A stretch of DNA of 63,521 bases, the filler included, from Octopus bimaculoides (Eukaryota), in NCBI RefSeq assembly GCF_001194135.2. It is 4 parts of 3 records of this genome, joined end to end, with 100 filler letters (N's around TTAATTAATTAA, not from the genome) between each part and the next. Parts side by side here need not be neighbours in the genome. Positions count along the whole stretch, not along the records: positions 29,323 to 44,206 come from NC_068983.1; positions 44,307 to 58,404 come from NC_068983.1; 2 more parts are not named here. One strand, given 5' to 3'. The translations under genes and the position numbers were made by a program. This document shows, in pieces, positions 34,899 through 46,720 of the stretch (its first letter is position 1; each line of letters starts with the position of its first letter). The notes below the pieces were generated by a model. The model searched no databases, was not told the origin of the DNA, and saw only the letters and a list, made by a program, of their open reading frames with translations.

Positions 34899-37268
34899 TG
34901 TCTGTCTGTCTGTCTGTTTGTGTGTATGTGTCTCTTTCATTTTCATTAAAATACCAGTAATATACAAGATCTGATATCCAAAACAATGCAAACTGTAAAT
35001 ATGGGAATATATATTATTTTTAGCATCCAAATATGATAAAATTATTGATTATTTTTTCAACATTTTCTAATTAAATTATAATCTCAGCACTGAATTTAAA
35101 GTAAATTAATATCAATTATACTGCACTAACACTTCCCTGAGAAGTATCTACTCTAAAGTGTCATAACTATTAGCAGCTGTTCGTTTTGTTGACTAGAAAT
35201 CTAAGTGAATTTTCCGTTGACAATGAATAATGAGCATGAACCTTAGGGACAGCAGACAGACACCGTGTAGCGTCAGTGATTAGCCAACACTGACCCGAAC
35301 CGTTAACTCTACACAGAGAGTTCAACATGTCATCCGTGATGATACGTAGACATTATCTAAAAATGCGACACATGCAGACGCGAACCACTTTTATTTGGCA
35401 AGAAATTCGAAATCATATCTTTTCATTTCTAGAGCTTCCAAATTTAGACTCGGATAAATTTTAACAGGACTGACATGTCATAAGCAAAATCTGTCCGAGA
35501 TGCGCAGATCTACAAAACGGTTCAGCACGCACTCGTTTGATTTACGAGGTTTAGTGAATTATAGAAAAGTGTCAAAATTGAAGTCGTAGCGTTCAGCAGA
35601 TCAGCTATTTTGCACAGAGAAATTAAAGTAGATTTCCTCTATCTTGAGCATAAGGGGAAAGAACTTGTGTGTTAGTTCCAAATAAAAGAAATGAAAAGGA
35701 TGTTGTTTTTTTTCTTTTGCTAAGAAGTCATTAACATTTTCAAGTTTCAGTCGAAGGGAAAATGATAGTATAAACAGAGATGCTACCCTCGGAGAATTAC
35801 TTTAAAGGAGGATGAGAGTGGTAGGAATAACATACATGAGCAGGCCTTATACAAAATACATCTGCAAGAGGGGTGGATCAACCAGGCACGTGTGCTTGGT
35901 TGCCGAATTGGTTCTGCATCTATGAATTTTTTGGTACATCGTAGGGACACACCTTATCTGGGAACTCTATCACAAATTTGTATACATACTTTATATGCAT
36001 ACTCTATTAGCTTATTCGTCTCATTTTCTCTTATTTCTATCTCTTAAACTTTTTCTAATATTTTTCGGTAACGTCCACTTTATCGTTGTCCTTGAGACAA
36101 ATACTTGGAATTATTATAATAAAATAGCATTGATAATAATAACGATTTTTTTTTCACCTTCTCCTCGTCTTCCTCCTCTTTCTCTTTGTTATAACTTTTA
36201 ATATTATTAATATTATTTAAATTTTGCTACTTTAATAAACTAATTAAATATTGTATTTTTATACGCCATGTACATGTCTTTTAAGATTATTGAAGTCACG
36301 AAAATTTCCCTGATGCCATCGACACAAAATAACTAATATTTAATTTATTAAATTTAATTACATCATGTATTATCTTGAAGGCAGGAAATATATTGTGGCA
36401 AAGCACGATTTCATTTTTGTAAAAGTTTTGTTAGTAGTTAAATGAGGTAAACAAAAAAGGAAAAAGAAATCATAAAATATATAAATGCCTTCGTAAAACT
36501 TTCTGTATTCTTCATTTCAATTATTTTCTCTGCTTTATTTTTCTTTCATTCTTGTACAATACGAGTGGGCCTGTTCCTTAAAGTGGTGCTGAGTCTATTC
36601 AGATATATATATATTCAGTCTCAGTTTAAATTTATTCAAATACATTTTCTATGTAATTCTACCTTTTGATAGTCGTCATAATTTTTATCTTCACGTTTTT
36701 ATTCATCTTTATTGTTCTGGTTGAAAGCTGTGAAATATTTGAATTATGTATATATTTAATAGAAACTACCATATCGCTCTATTATGTAATCGGCAATACA
36801 GTTCTCGGTGGATGGATGAGGGAACTATTCGATAGATTATGGCATATAGTGTCTAATGTGCAACCCATGTATTACAATTATTCATATTTTGGGGGTTAAT
36901 TGTCGAGATCAACTAAGAATTGAAGTAAGCTAATTAATTCTGTCAGTGGAATCTATGTATTGGTACTAAATGAAATTTTAAATATTTATCAAATAAATGG
37001 AAAATTTATCAACGCATTACTGTCACACAAGTAAAGCATACACACAAAGATACACAAAGACACACACACACATATACAAACATATAGTCTATTGGACAGA
37101 AGCAACAGAAACTCTCTAATTTAATCTTAGAAACATTCGCCAAGAAGACGATAGACATGTTTCAAGCCTCTTTTGAGACACTCTTGCTTCCATGTTAGAT
37201 TAGTGCTTAGCTTATATCTTATATCATTTATTTTCAAAATTTAGCCATTCTTTTACAAAACACACGTG

Positions 37269-37308
<40 letters not shown>

Positions 37309-38389
37309 GGTAGATGAAACTAAAGTAGCATTCGAGTTGTGTTTAATAACAGTTTGACCATATTACTTACAGTTTCGTAGACGCAGATATGCGTCTATAT
37401 TCTCAACTCACAATAAAAGAGGTTTACAAATATCGTTTGTGGGTTGACAACATTTCTACCTTCAATGGTCAGTTCTGGCTAAGTGAATATTTTGGCAAAC
37501 CAGTAACGCCATTTGATTTTACATAAGCTCTATCTAGCGCTCACGTATAACTTCCTCATCACAGAACTTTAGCTATAGCCAACGTTTTAAACGTGCACTA
37601 TGATTAATCTAATTTATTATAAAGGTCATGCTGGACGATTTCGCTCTGCACTTCAGATCTACCGCCTTTTCTTGTCACTGCAATGAATCACAATATAACT
37701 TTATTAATCCCAAATTAATTAAACAAGGGATCATATATGAAACTGATTGATTTGTCACCAAGAGAAACCAAATTTATTGTAAACAACACCTTAATGTTCT
37801 AAAAATATTACTATTTGATAGTAGAATGAATAAATCGATATATCATAAATATATAATAGCCCCTAACACCCAAAACAGATAGAATGACAGAAATGTCATG
37901 AAAGACATCTTGAAAAAATAGGTCCATTTAATCATGGCTGATTTGGACACAAACGATTAAGAAACCAGCTATAAGAATGAGGACAATAACAAGAGCAACA
38001 TATCTAAGATCCTACTGGTGAAGAGTGCGACTGTGCATACATGTGCAGGCCTGGGCAAGCTCTTTTGAAGAGGACTAACAGTTGCTCATATATGCAAATC
38101 TCCCCTCTCCAAACCACAGATATTCATCATTGGAAAGGCCGCTAAAATAAGTCAATAATTTGTCATTAGTGTCACCACTGGCATTGCTACCAAAACACAA
38201 AGAGCCAGGACAAATACCTCAACGTATTCCAATAGTGGACTGAAGGAGCTTTGTCTAAAGTTTCTGCCACTGGACTGTCCTGCACGGTAATTTTCTTTTA
38301 TCAGTCCCTAAGGAATGAAAAATAAAGCTGACATTAGAGGAGGTATTACTGAAATCTGAGTGCAGACAGTGTGAAGTGATATCGGGAAG

Positions 38390-38700
38390 CATTCTATCTT
38401 TTTCAAGCATTCATTTGTAAATGATATAAATGCGAGCATATTTCATTGTGCATTACCTGATTGAAGTATTGTCATTGGTTTCAAACGCTTTCAGCAAATC
38501 ACAACAGGCTTCAGCCTATCTTTCCATTGACTTGGGTTTCAATAACCGAGGTATACACATTACACATACCTTCGACACCGAAAGCTTTCCACCATGTTCT
38601 GTAAAGTATTGTGATCACAGTCTAGTTGTGCAGCATTCTCACAGATTATGACTCGTCTCTCCGCAGGAATCGATTCGCCCACCCACCATGACAAACGTGT
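38390..38700 (-). mobile_element. Degenerate mariner transposase fragment
   Basis: ERRVIICENAAQL...LSVSKVCVMCIPRLL...R*AEACCDLL resembles the DRR.T / KVCARWVPRLL mariner region. Confidence 0.5.
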
Positions 38701-39149
38701 TCGTCTGTATGTACTTTTCTATACTGCTTTTTTAATATCCCCAAAAATGACTAGGCCTACGTTGCTAAAGCAAATTTCCACTCATGAGGGTAGCGACCTT
38801 ATATTTGTTTTTTTGGATTCAGGTAAGTATTCAGGTCGTGTGAATTTTGTTGAACGCTTCACCTCTTCACCAAGTAAAGCTGGCAACGCCTTCTTCCACT
38901 AAATTATGGTTCAGATCTTCCAATAACTTACAGTTGATTCCTCTTGCCACATATAGCTGGTTAACGTTGTAACTGTTTGTCTCTCTTTGATTCTTTAAGA
39001 TATTCAGCCAGACTTTAACGGTACACCCCGTTGCTTAAACACATTTCTCTATGTGCTTCGCTCCGTTGTAATGGAACGATACCAACTTTATTTCGTAGAC
39101 CAAGGCTTCTGTTTTGTATTGACCATTCAACTCGAGGTCTTGGGATACT

Positions 39150-39450
39150 AACTAATATTTTTGGTATGCCTCCTTTAAGTCATACTTATGGAATGTTTTA
39201 CTATACCTAGAATACTGTGTAAAATGCGTATCCACTAATCTAAAGGGGGATCTTCTCACGCAGTTTTTCACGCAGTAGTGGGGGTAACCAGAACACTTTC
39301 CGACTATGTTTTCTCTTGAAGGTGCTAGGATTAGGCGTATATATGATGCGGTCTTTGAAGCCGCTAGCTGTCTCAGCCTCATTGTAATATGGGCACACTG
39401 CGTTAAAAGCATCTTTACATGAAGATAGCTTCAAAATTCTCCTGCAAAAA
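39150..39450 (-). mobile_element. Penelope-like element (PLE) fragment, RT-to-GIY-YIG linker
   Basis: KDAFNAVCPYYNEAETASGFKDRIIY...KRKHSRKVFW(L)PP and, in another frame, LVDTHFTQYSRYSKTFHK. Resembles the PLE Y..AL..SG / R.R.I.WFNPP / ID.HF...H..HKIF linker. Confidence 0.6.
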
Positions 39451-39799
39451 CCCATTACAAGAACATGATAGCATGATGTACAACAAATTTTTATTTGATT
39501 ATCTACATGTACATAATTGCTTGTACAGTGATTCTGCTTACGGTTGGACATATGTTTCACTCTATTACTTTTTATTTTTACTAGTTTCAGCCAGAGGATA
39601 CGGCCATGCTGGAGCATCGTCTTTAATGCGACTGGCTTTTATTTCACACACCCTTTCATGTATTTTCACCGAAAATTTTTTTGAAGTGCGTGTTGGACAG
39701 AGCTGCTCTTCTTTATGTTATTTGCTGCAATGTGGGTTCATCTGTTTCTCAGATAAAAATTTGGTAACATATTTTTGAAAATATACACATTTACACCTC

Positions 39800-40900
39800 C
39801 CAGATCCCTTAGTGTTAAAAGTTGTGGGAATTTGAGATTTAAGCTGATATAATATTGGGTCATTACTCTACATAGAAACGACAGGATCTTTGATAGTATG
39901 TAGTGTCTTCCGGTTCAGTAATTGGTATTGCTTTACCATCCAAAAGAGAGCTACACCTCCTAAGATCTTCCACATATATATCACTGTGTATCTTTCACAT
40001 CTCTCTTGAGAGCAGTGCTTCTGTTCGTTTAACCTCACAGAGTAGTTCATCTGTTTCATCGAATTAATCTTGTTTGTGCAGTGGGATAGGGTTGTCTTGA
40101 TGAACCCTGTCGAAGATCATGGCAAAATCGAGATATATTACATCATCTCCTGAGTGACTCAGCTGCTTCAGTACTCAATCAAAATGCATTAGTAGTTGAG
40201 TGAGACAACTCTTCCAAGGCTTCCTGTTTTGTTTGAGAGCAGGCTGTTTAACCTAGGAACGTGATAAAACTCCTTTAGACAATGTGTTCGACGACTTTGG
40301 TGATATATGAAGCCAGAGAGGTCGGCCTGTAATGTTTAGCATCTGCAAGGTGTCCTCCTTTATGGACAGGGCATATTACACCTTTTTCTAGAATTTTGTG
40401 AAGGAAACTCGGAAAGAGTACTCGCAGTGATTTTGCGAGGGCTTTCCATCTGGGTACATTGCAAAGTTCATCTCATTAATTGTTGATATTACATCGTCAT
40501 CCTTTATGTCGATGTAATCAACGGCTATCCCTTCCTTGTGTAGACCTACAATGCTGAAGAACACATCAGGTTTGCGTATTTGCATATCCTTCAGTGGGGA
40601 AGTAAAAGCACTTTGAAATTTTTCATTTATTTTTTTTGACTTACCCTCACAGGATCTCCAGTCAGTGAAACGATTTCTTCACACTGAGGGTCTATCTTGA
40701 AACTCACTAAACCAGATTTATTTGCAAATTGGTAGAAATCTTTAGGACATATTTTTATAACTTTAGCTGCCTTGCCCCACTTTCTTCTCGAAGGAGTTTG
40801 AGCTTATTTTCGATTTCTAAACGTGCCTCCTTGAGGTGGGATTTCTAGCTTTTTTCAAACGAATGATGTATTACCTAATTTGGAGGAACATATGGGCTAT
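39800..40900 (-). mobile_element. CR1-group LINE fragment (RT and 3' region), internally deleted
   Basis: YRPTSLASYITKV, DVIYLDFAMIFDRV and YSVRLN...ERCERYTVIYMWKIL motifs. Confidence 0.72.
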
Positions 40901-42779
40901 ATATTCCAATGAAACAAACCTCATTTATTTGAAAGCCTTTAATCATGTTAAATGAATGCTATTTGTAAGGAATAAAACTGAGTTTAGTTTAATACCTTAT
41001 AGCATAATTCGGGACGACTAAAATTATACAGATAATCTTCTAGAAGACCAGCTACATACACGCATATGTATGTATGTGTAAGCGTATATATGCATGTATA
41101 TATATCACAAAATATATTAATGATTGTATATACGATATCATATGAATTAAAACAAAGAATCAACCCCAGTTTTGGACTGGTACGTTAATTTTCGACAACA
41201 AAATGATTTCACAGTCAAAGACGTGTGCATTTATATGCGTATATGTATGTATGTATATATATATACATACACACATATGTATAAAAGTGTGTGTACATGT
41301 ATATACGTGAATGTACATATGACTATATATATGATATATATGATATATATATACACTATATATATATATATATATATGATATATATATATATANNNNNNN
41401 NNNNNNNNNNNNNNNNNNNNNNNNNNNNNNNNNNNNNNNNNNNNNNNNNNNNNNNNNNNNNNNNNNNNNNNNNNNNNNNNNNNNNNNNNNNNNNNNNNNN
41501 NNNNNNNNNNNNNNNNNNNNNNNNNNNNNNNNNNNNNNNNNNNNNNNNNNNNNNNNNNNNNNNNNNNNNNNNNNNNNNNNNNNNNNNNNNNNNNNNNNNN
41601 NNNNNNNNNNNNNNNNNNNNNNNNNNNNNNNNNNNNNNNNNNNNNNNNNNNNNNNNNNNNNNNNNNNNNNNNNNNNNNNNNNNNNNNNNNNNNNNNNNNN
41701 NNNNNNNNNNNNNNNNNNNNNNNNNNNNNNNNNNNNNNNNNNNNNNNNNNNNNNNNNNNNNNNNNNNNNNNNNNNNNNNNNNNNNNNNNNNNNNNNNNNN
41801 NNNNNNNNNNNNNNNNNNNNNNNNNNNNNNNNNNNNNNNNNNNNNNNNNNNNNNNNNNNNNNNNNNNNNNNNNNNNNNNNNNNNNNNNNNNNNNNNNNNN
41901 NNNNNNNNNNNNNNNNNNNNNNNNNNNNNNNNNNNNNNNNNNNNNNNNNNNNNNNNNNNNNNNNNNNNNNNNNNNNNNNNNNNNNNNNNNNNNNNNNNNN
42001 NNNNNNNNNNNNNNNNNNNNNNNNNNNNNNNNNNNNNNNNNNNNNNNNNNNNNNNNNNNNNNNNNNNNNNNNNNNNNNNNNNNNNNNNNNNNNNNNNNNN
42101 NNNNNNNNNNNNNNNNNNNNNNNNNNNNNNNNNNNNATATATATATATATATATAAACATATCTTGCTATCTAACCCAACGCCTATGATAAATGAATTAA
42201 GAATTAACTTTTGATTACTTTATGGAACTATTCATCAAATATATCATTTTTCATTTCTTATTTTTAGAGGTCCCTCTCCCCCACTCTCTCACCTGTCTCT
42301 TTCTCACTATCTCACCCACCTGGACGTCTCTTCCCATCTTTCAGTCTTTGTTATTTTCTACCATATTTTTTTTGACGCGCTTCAACCGCCATATTATATT
42401 TCAAGTAATTTATTCATTAAACTTTCTGATCTTACCATCAGATAGAAGTGAAGTCCAGAATAATTCATAATAATCGCACACACATATACAAAAACACGGA
42501 CGATCACACAAATGCATTTATTCGCGCACACACACACGCACGCACTCAAACACACACAAACAGCGTACGCACGCACACACATACACAGACCTACATGTAT
42601 CTATGTATATATATATATATATGTGTGTGTGTATGTATTTGCATAATAAAGTAATAAATAAGTTTAATACAACATGAGAATAACACGAAGAGATTTAAAA
42701 AATAATGACGTGGAAATTGGCAAAATATTCTCGGATTGTAAATATACATACATTGGTACGCACACAAATACGTCAATGC

Positions 42780-42859
<80 letters not shown>

Positions 42860-43108
42860 CTGTATGTGTCTGTGTGTCTCTGTGTGTGCGTGTGTGTTAT
42901 ATATATATATATATATATACGCTTATATATATACAGAAATATATATACATATGTATGAATATTCATTAAATATATATCTGCACATGCGCGTGGGTGCATG
43001 GAAGCGCGCGCGTATTCATATATTGTTATGTATATTCTTACTTCGTATCCTATTCACCTAACAATTGTTCTCTCCCTCTCTCACTCTCTCTTCCTCTCTC
43101 TCTGTCTG

Positions 43109-43167
<59 letters not shown>

Positions 43168-43192
43168 ATCTATCTATTTTTGTTTCTCTGCT

Positions 43193-43225
<33 letters not shown>

Positions 43226-44206
43226 GTATGCATATGTATATACTGTAGTTCATTCTAAACAATAGCATTACACACGCCCAAACACACACACTCAGTTACG
43301 CGTCCCACACGAACACACACATATATTATAATATAATATAACATATATATACACACATACGTAGACATGCATACACTGATATATATAGATATAGATATAA
43401 GTATATGTATACATATATAAAGATATATGTATATATAATATATGTGTGTGTGTTTGTGTGTGCTTGTGCGCGCGCATATAAATAAGCCTTGCCTTTCATT
43501 GTAGGCTATCCATCATCTTCAAACAAGTCTTCTTTTTTTTTCAAAACTTTGCGTCATACTTTATTTCCATTTTTTAAAGATATTATAAATCTTTCCTTTC
43601 GCATTTCTTTTTTTCCTTCTTCCTTTCTTTCACTCTTTCGCTCTATCTTTCGTTTTGTTTTGTTATCTTTATATCCAATATTTATTTTCACTTATATATA
43701 ATTTGAAGTGATTAAAAAACTTCCTCAGATTTCTTATGAATGCACCACGTCTTTTGATAATGTCATATATACATGTATGTATTATGTTGTAGATGGTAGT
43801 GTCATCTGCTTTCAATGTTTTGATAGTTATTTTTGTTGTATGTGCGCTAGTGTCTCTCCAGTTCTTTACGTTGAGGTTGATAATACCGCTGATAGTGATT
43901 TATTTGATGGCGATATTGTTGGTATATTTCCCAGATGGTATTGTTTTTCTTTTGTATAATATTCTGATTTCTTTCTTTTTTTTTTATATTAATATCTATT
44001 GATATGTTTTGCTTTCCTTGAAGTTTAATTAAGTTTTGTTAAAACTGTAGAAAAATAAATAAATTTAAGAAGAATCAACGGAAACTGGAAATGAAAATAA
44101 TGAAAATTAGAAAACAACGAACATTTTTGAATTCCTTTTCATTTGGTGAAGTTTGAAAGTGAGAAATAGATTTCCTCTGACGTTTACAATTCATGTTCAG
44201 AGTGAG

Positions 44207-44306
44207 NNNNNNNNNNNNNNNNNNNNNNNNNNNNNNNNNNNNNNNNNNNNTTAATTAATTAANNNNNNNNNNNNNNNNNNNNNNNNNNNNNNNNNNNNNN
44301 NNNNNN
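44207..44306. other. Scaffold-join linker N44-TTAATTAATTAA-N44
   Basis: Same construct as at 29223. Confidence 0.92.
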
Positions 44307-44340
<34 letters not shown>

Positions 44341-44399
44341 TTCTGGTGTATGATATTTCTGCACCACCCAGGCAACGACACTCCAATTCATAGATTTGT

Positions 44400-44650
44400 A
44401 TGGGTAGTCGGTGCTAATGAAGATTTTATGAGGTCGGCGGCAAATCTTATCTTCACCTTTCTTAGTCGCCTTTTATGACGCGCAGAGTCAACGTTGGGTT
44501 TATCCTTCGACATACCGTTCTCCACACAGCACAAGAGCAACGTGAAATGACGCGCTTTTTACTCAAGACTCCAACACGCCAGCTAGTCTGGAAATTGAAC
44601 ACACGATCTGACGATCATGTGTGCTACACACTAACAACTAAGCCACTAGT
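44400..44650 (-). mobile_element. tRNA-derived SINE (family D)
   Basis: Minus strand has A-box-like tggcttagttgttag, B-box-like gttcaatttcc, CORE-like gtcttgag...tttcacgttgctc and tail gtcataaaaggcgactaag. Confidence 0.6.
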
Positions 44651-45318
44651 GAAATGTTTGAAGAAAATTTCTTCCGATAGTTAAAATCAGACATACACAT
44701 TACTATAGTACTGATTACGTAATCAGTCGTTTTGCACTCTCAGCGATTAGATATCTCGCTGAGATAAACAGTATCTGTACTACCCAGCTTTATGTGTCCA
44801 TCAAGTGTATACCTTCTAGAATGTATTTAAGACACCCAGTATATTGCAGTCCACGTGTATATTAATATGAAGGTAATTCCATTAGCTTTCTAAGATAGTT
44901 ATTAGTTCTCCGTGATATATAAAGTGACCCTTCTTGTCTTCGTCCTCCGTGGTCGATTTATATATCAATCAGTAGTCATATCATCAGATATTGCATATTG
45001 TGTGGCTAGACGATTAATTCTCTTCAGTTCAACAGCGGGGCTGATGAAGTGCATAGCAACTGTAACAACGAGATGCCCTTTCCACTTTCAGTGATTAAAT
45101 TTCTGGTTGAGATGAAGCAAAATTGCTTTGGTTAGATTACATTGGTTGTGTGTGCGTAACAGAATACAAATTCGTACATGAGTACATAAGTGGAGGGAAA
45201 GGAATAAAGACGGAGAGATATATGATAAATATATATATCCATTTATCTCTTCCCTTCACTCACTCACCCAATCCCGTGTTATATATCTATGTATCTACTT
45301 ACCTACCTACCTACCTAC

Positions 45319-45353
<35 letters not shown>

Positions 45354-45751
45354 GCTAGCTAGCTAGCTATCTATACCTATATACCTGAGTGTGTCTCTGC
45401 ATGTAGATGTATTAGTGATATGCTTATTTTATGTTATGATGCATAGAAAAGTCGTAGGAATAATGTATAGACTACTCTAGAAAAATGTAACGGTAACAAA
45501 ATATTTGAATAGGAATAAAACAATAAACTGCGTAGCCTGTATTCATTTGTTATCTGCACACTCTTTTGTCCATTTTGTGTGTTTAAATAGATAAAGACAC
45601 ACATGCAAGAACTGTGATGGTACTGCAGTATGAAAGACTGATATTTGTGTTGGGAAGCTATTTGTTCCCAATTTGTACACTGCATTTCGATGCACGGTAA
45701 CCTTTTTGGAGGGGTGTTTTGTGCATTTGGTCATCAATATATGAAATTTGA

Positions 45752-46109
45752 CTGAGTTCAAATTCCGCCGGTGTTCACTCTGCCTTTCATCCTTTCGGGG
45801 TCGATAAATTAATTACTGGAGTCAATCTAATCGGACTGGCCCCCTCCCCAAATTTCGGGCCTCCTGCCTAAAATAGAAAAGAATATATGAAATTTGAAAT
45901 GGGGCGAACTGGCAGAACCGTTAGTGCGCCGTGCAAAATACTTAGCAACATTTCGCCCGTTTTTACAATTCCGCGTTCAAATTTTGCCGAGGCCGACCTT
46001 GCCTTTCATTGTTTTGGGGTCGATAATAAATACCAGTTGAACACTGGGATCGATGTAATTGACTTGCTCCTTCCCTCGAAATTGTGGCCTTGTGCCCAAA
46101 TTTGAAACC
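45752..46109 (+). mobile_element. Two tandem SINE family A copies (first is 5'-truncated)
   Basis: 45752-45881 and 45898-46109, separated and flanked by identical 16-mers. Confidence 0.88.
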
Positions 46110-46429
46110 AATATATGAAATTTGAAGAGGAATAGAATCTAAATCGGGACACTGAGGGACTAGATACAAGATTTATTAAAAAAAAAATCAAAAAGTATAG
46201 AAATCAATCACAATCTATCGCCATAGCACTTGATAATCTAAAGAAAGGTAGTCAGTTAGTGACTTCTTCTCGTGACATGCATTTCAATTCAAATAATCGA
46301 GGAATTTAATATTCAGATAGGTACATATAATAAAATATGTACCTATCTGAATCTGTCTTTTCCCATATAATTGACCTATCTTAATATGCCCTTTCCGATA
46401 TAATTATATTCTTAAACAGCATTCCGACA

Positions 46430-46720
46430 ATAACGGCGACGTGGCCAACAGTTGACCCGATCGAAATCAAAGTACAAGCGGTTTCCCACTCCACAGATTC
46501 GCGTACCCTTAACGTAGTCTTCGTGGAGATTCAGCATGGCATAGAATATTATAAGGTTGGCTCTTAGAAATACAGGTTCGACTCATTTTTGCATCCTCAC
46601 TGGACTGGAACAACTAGAAATAAACTGGTGTGCTCAAGGACGCAACGCGCCGCCGGGAATCGAACGCACGAGCTTACGATTGTGAACCGAATGCCCAAAT
46701 CACTAAGACACGCACCTTCA
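46430..46720 (-). mobile_element. tRNA-derived CORE-like SINE (family C)
   Basis: Minus strand gtgaaggtgcgtgtcttagtg...gttcgattcccggcggcgcgttgcgtccttgagc: A box, B box and CORE-like box. Confidence 0.72.

Noticed and set aside
37150-37195. Minus-strand GAAAC-AT-GTC with an upstream hairpin
   Set aside because: No CUGANGA box and no stem I complementarity.
45043-45080. CTGATGA...GTAAC motif
   Set aside because: GAAA is mutated and there is no valid cleavage triplet.
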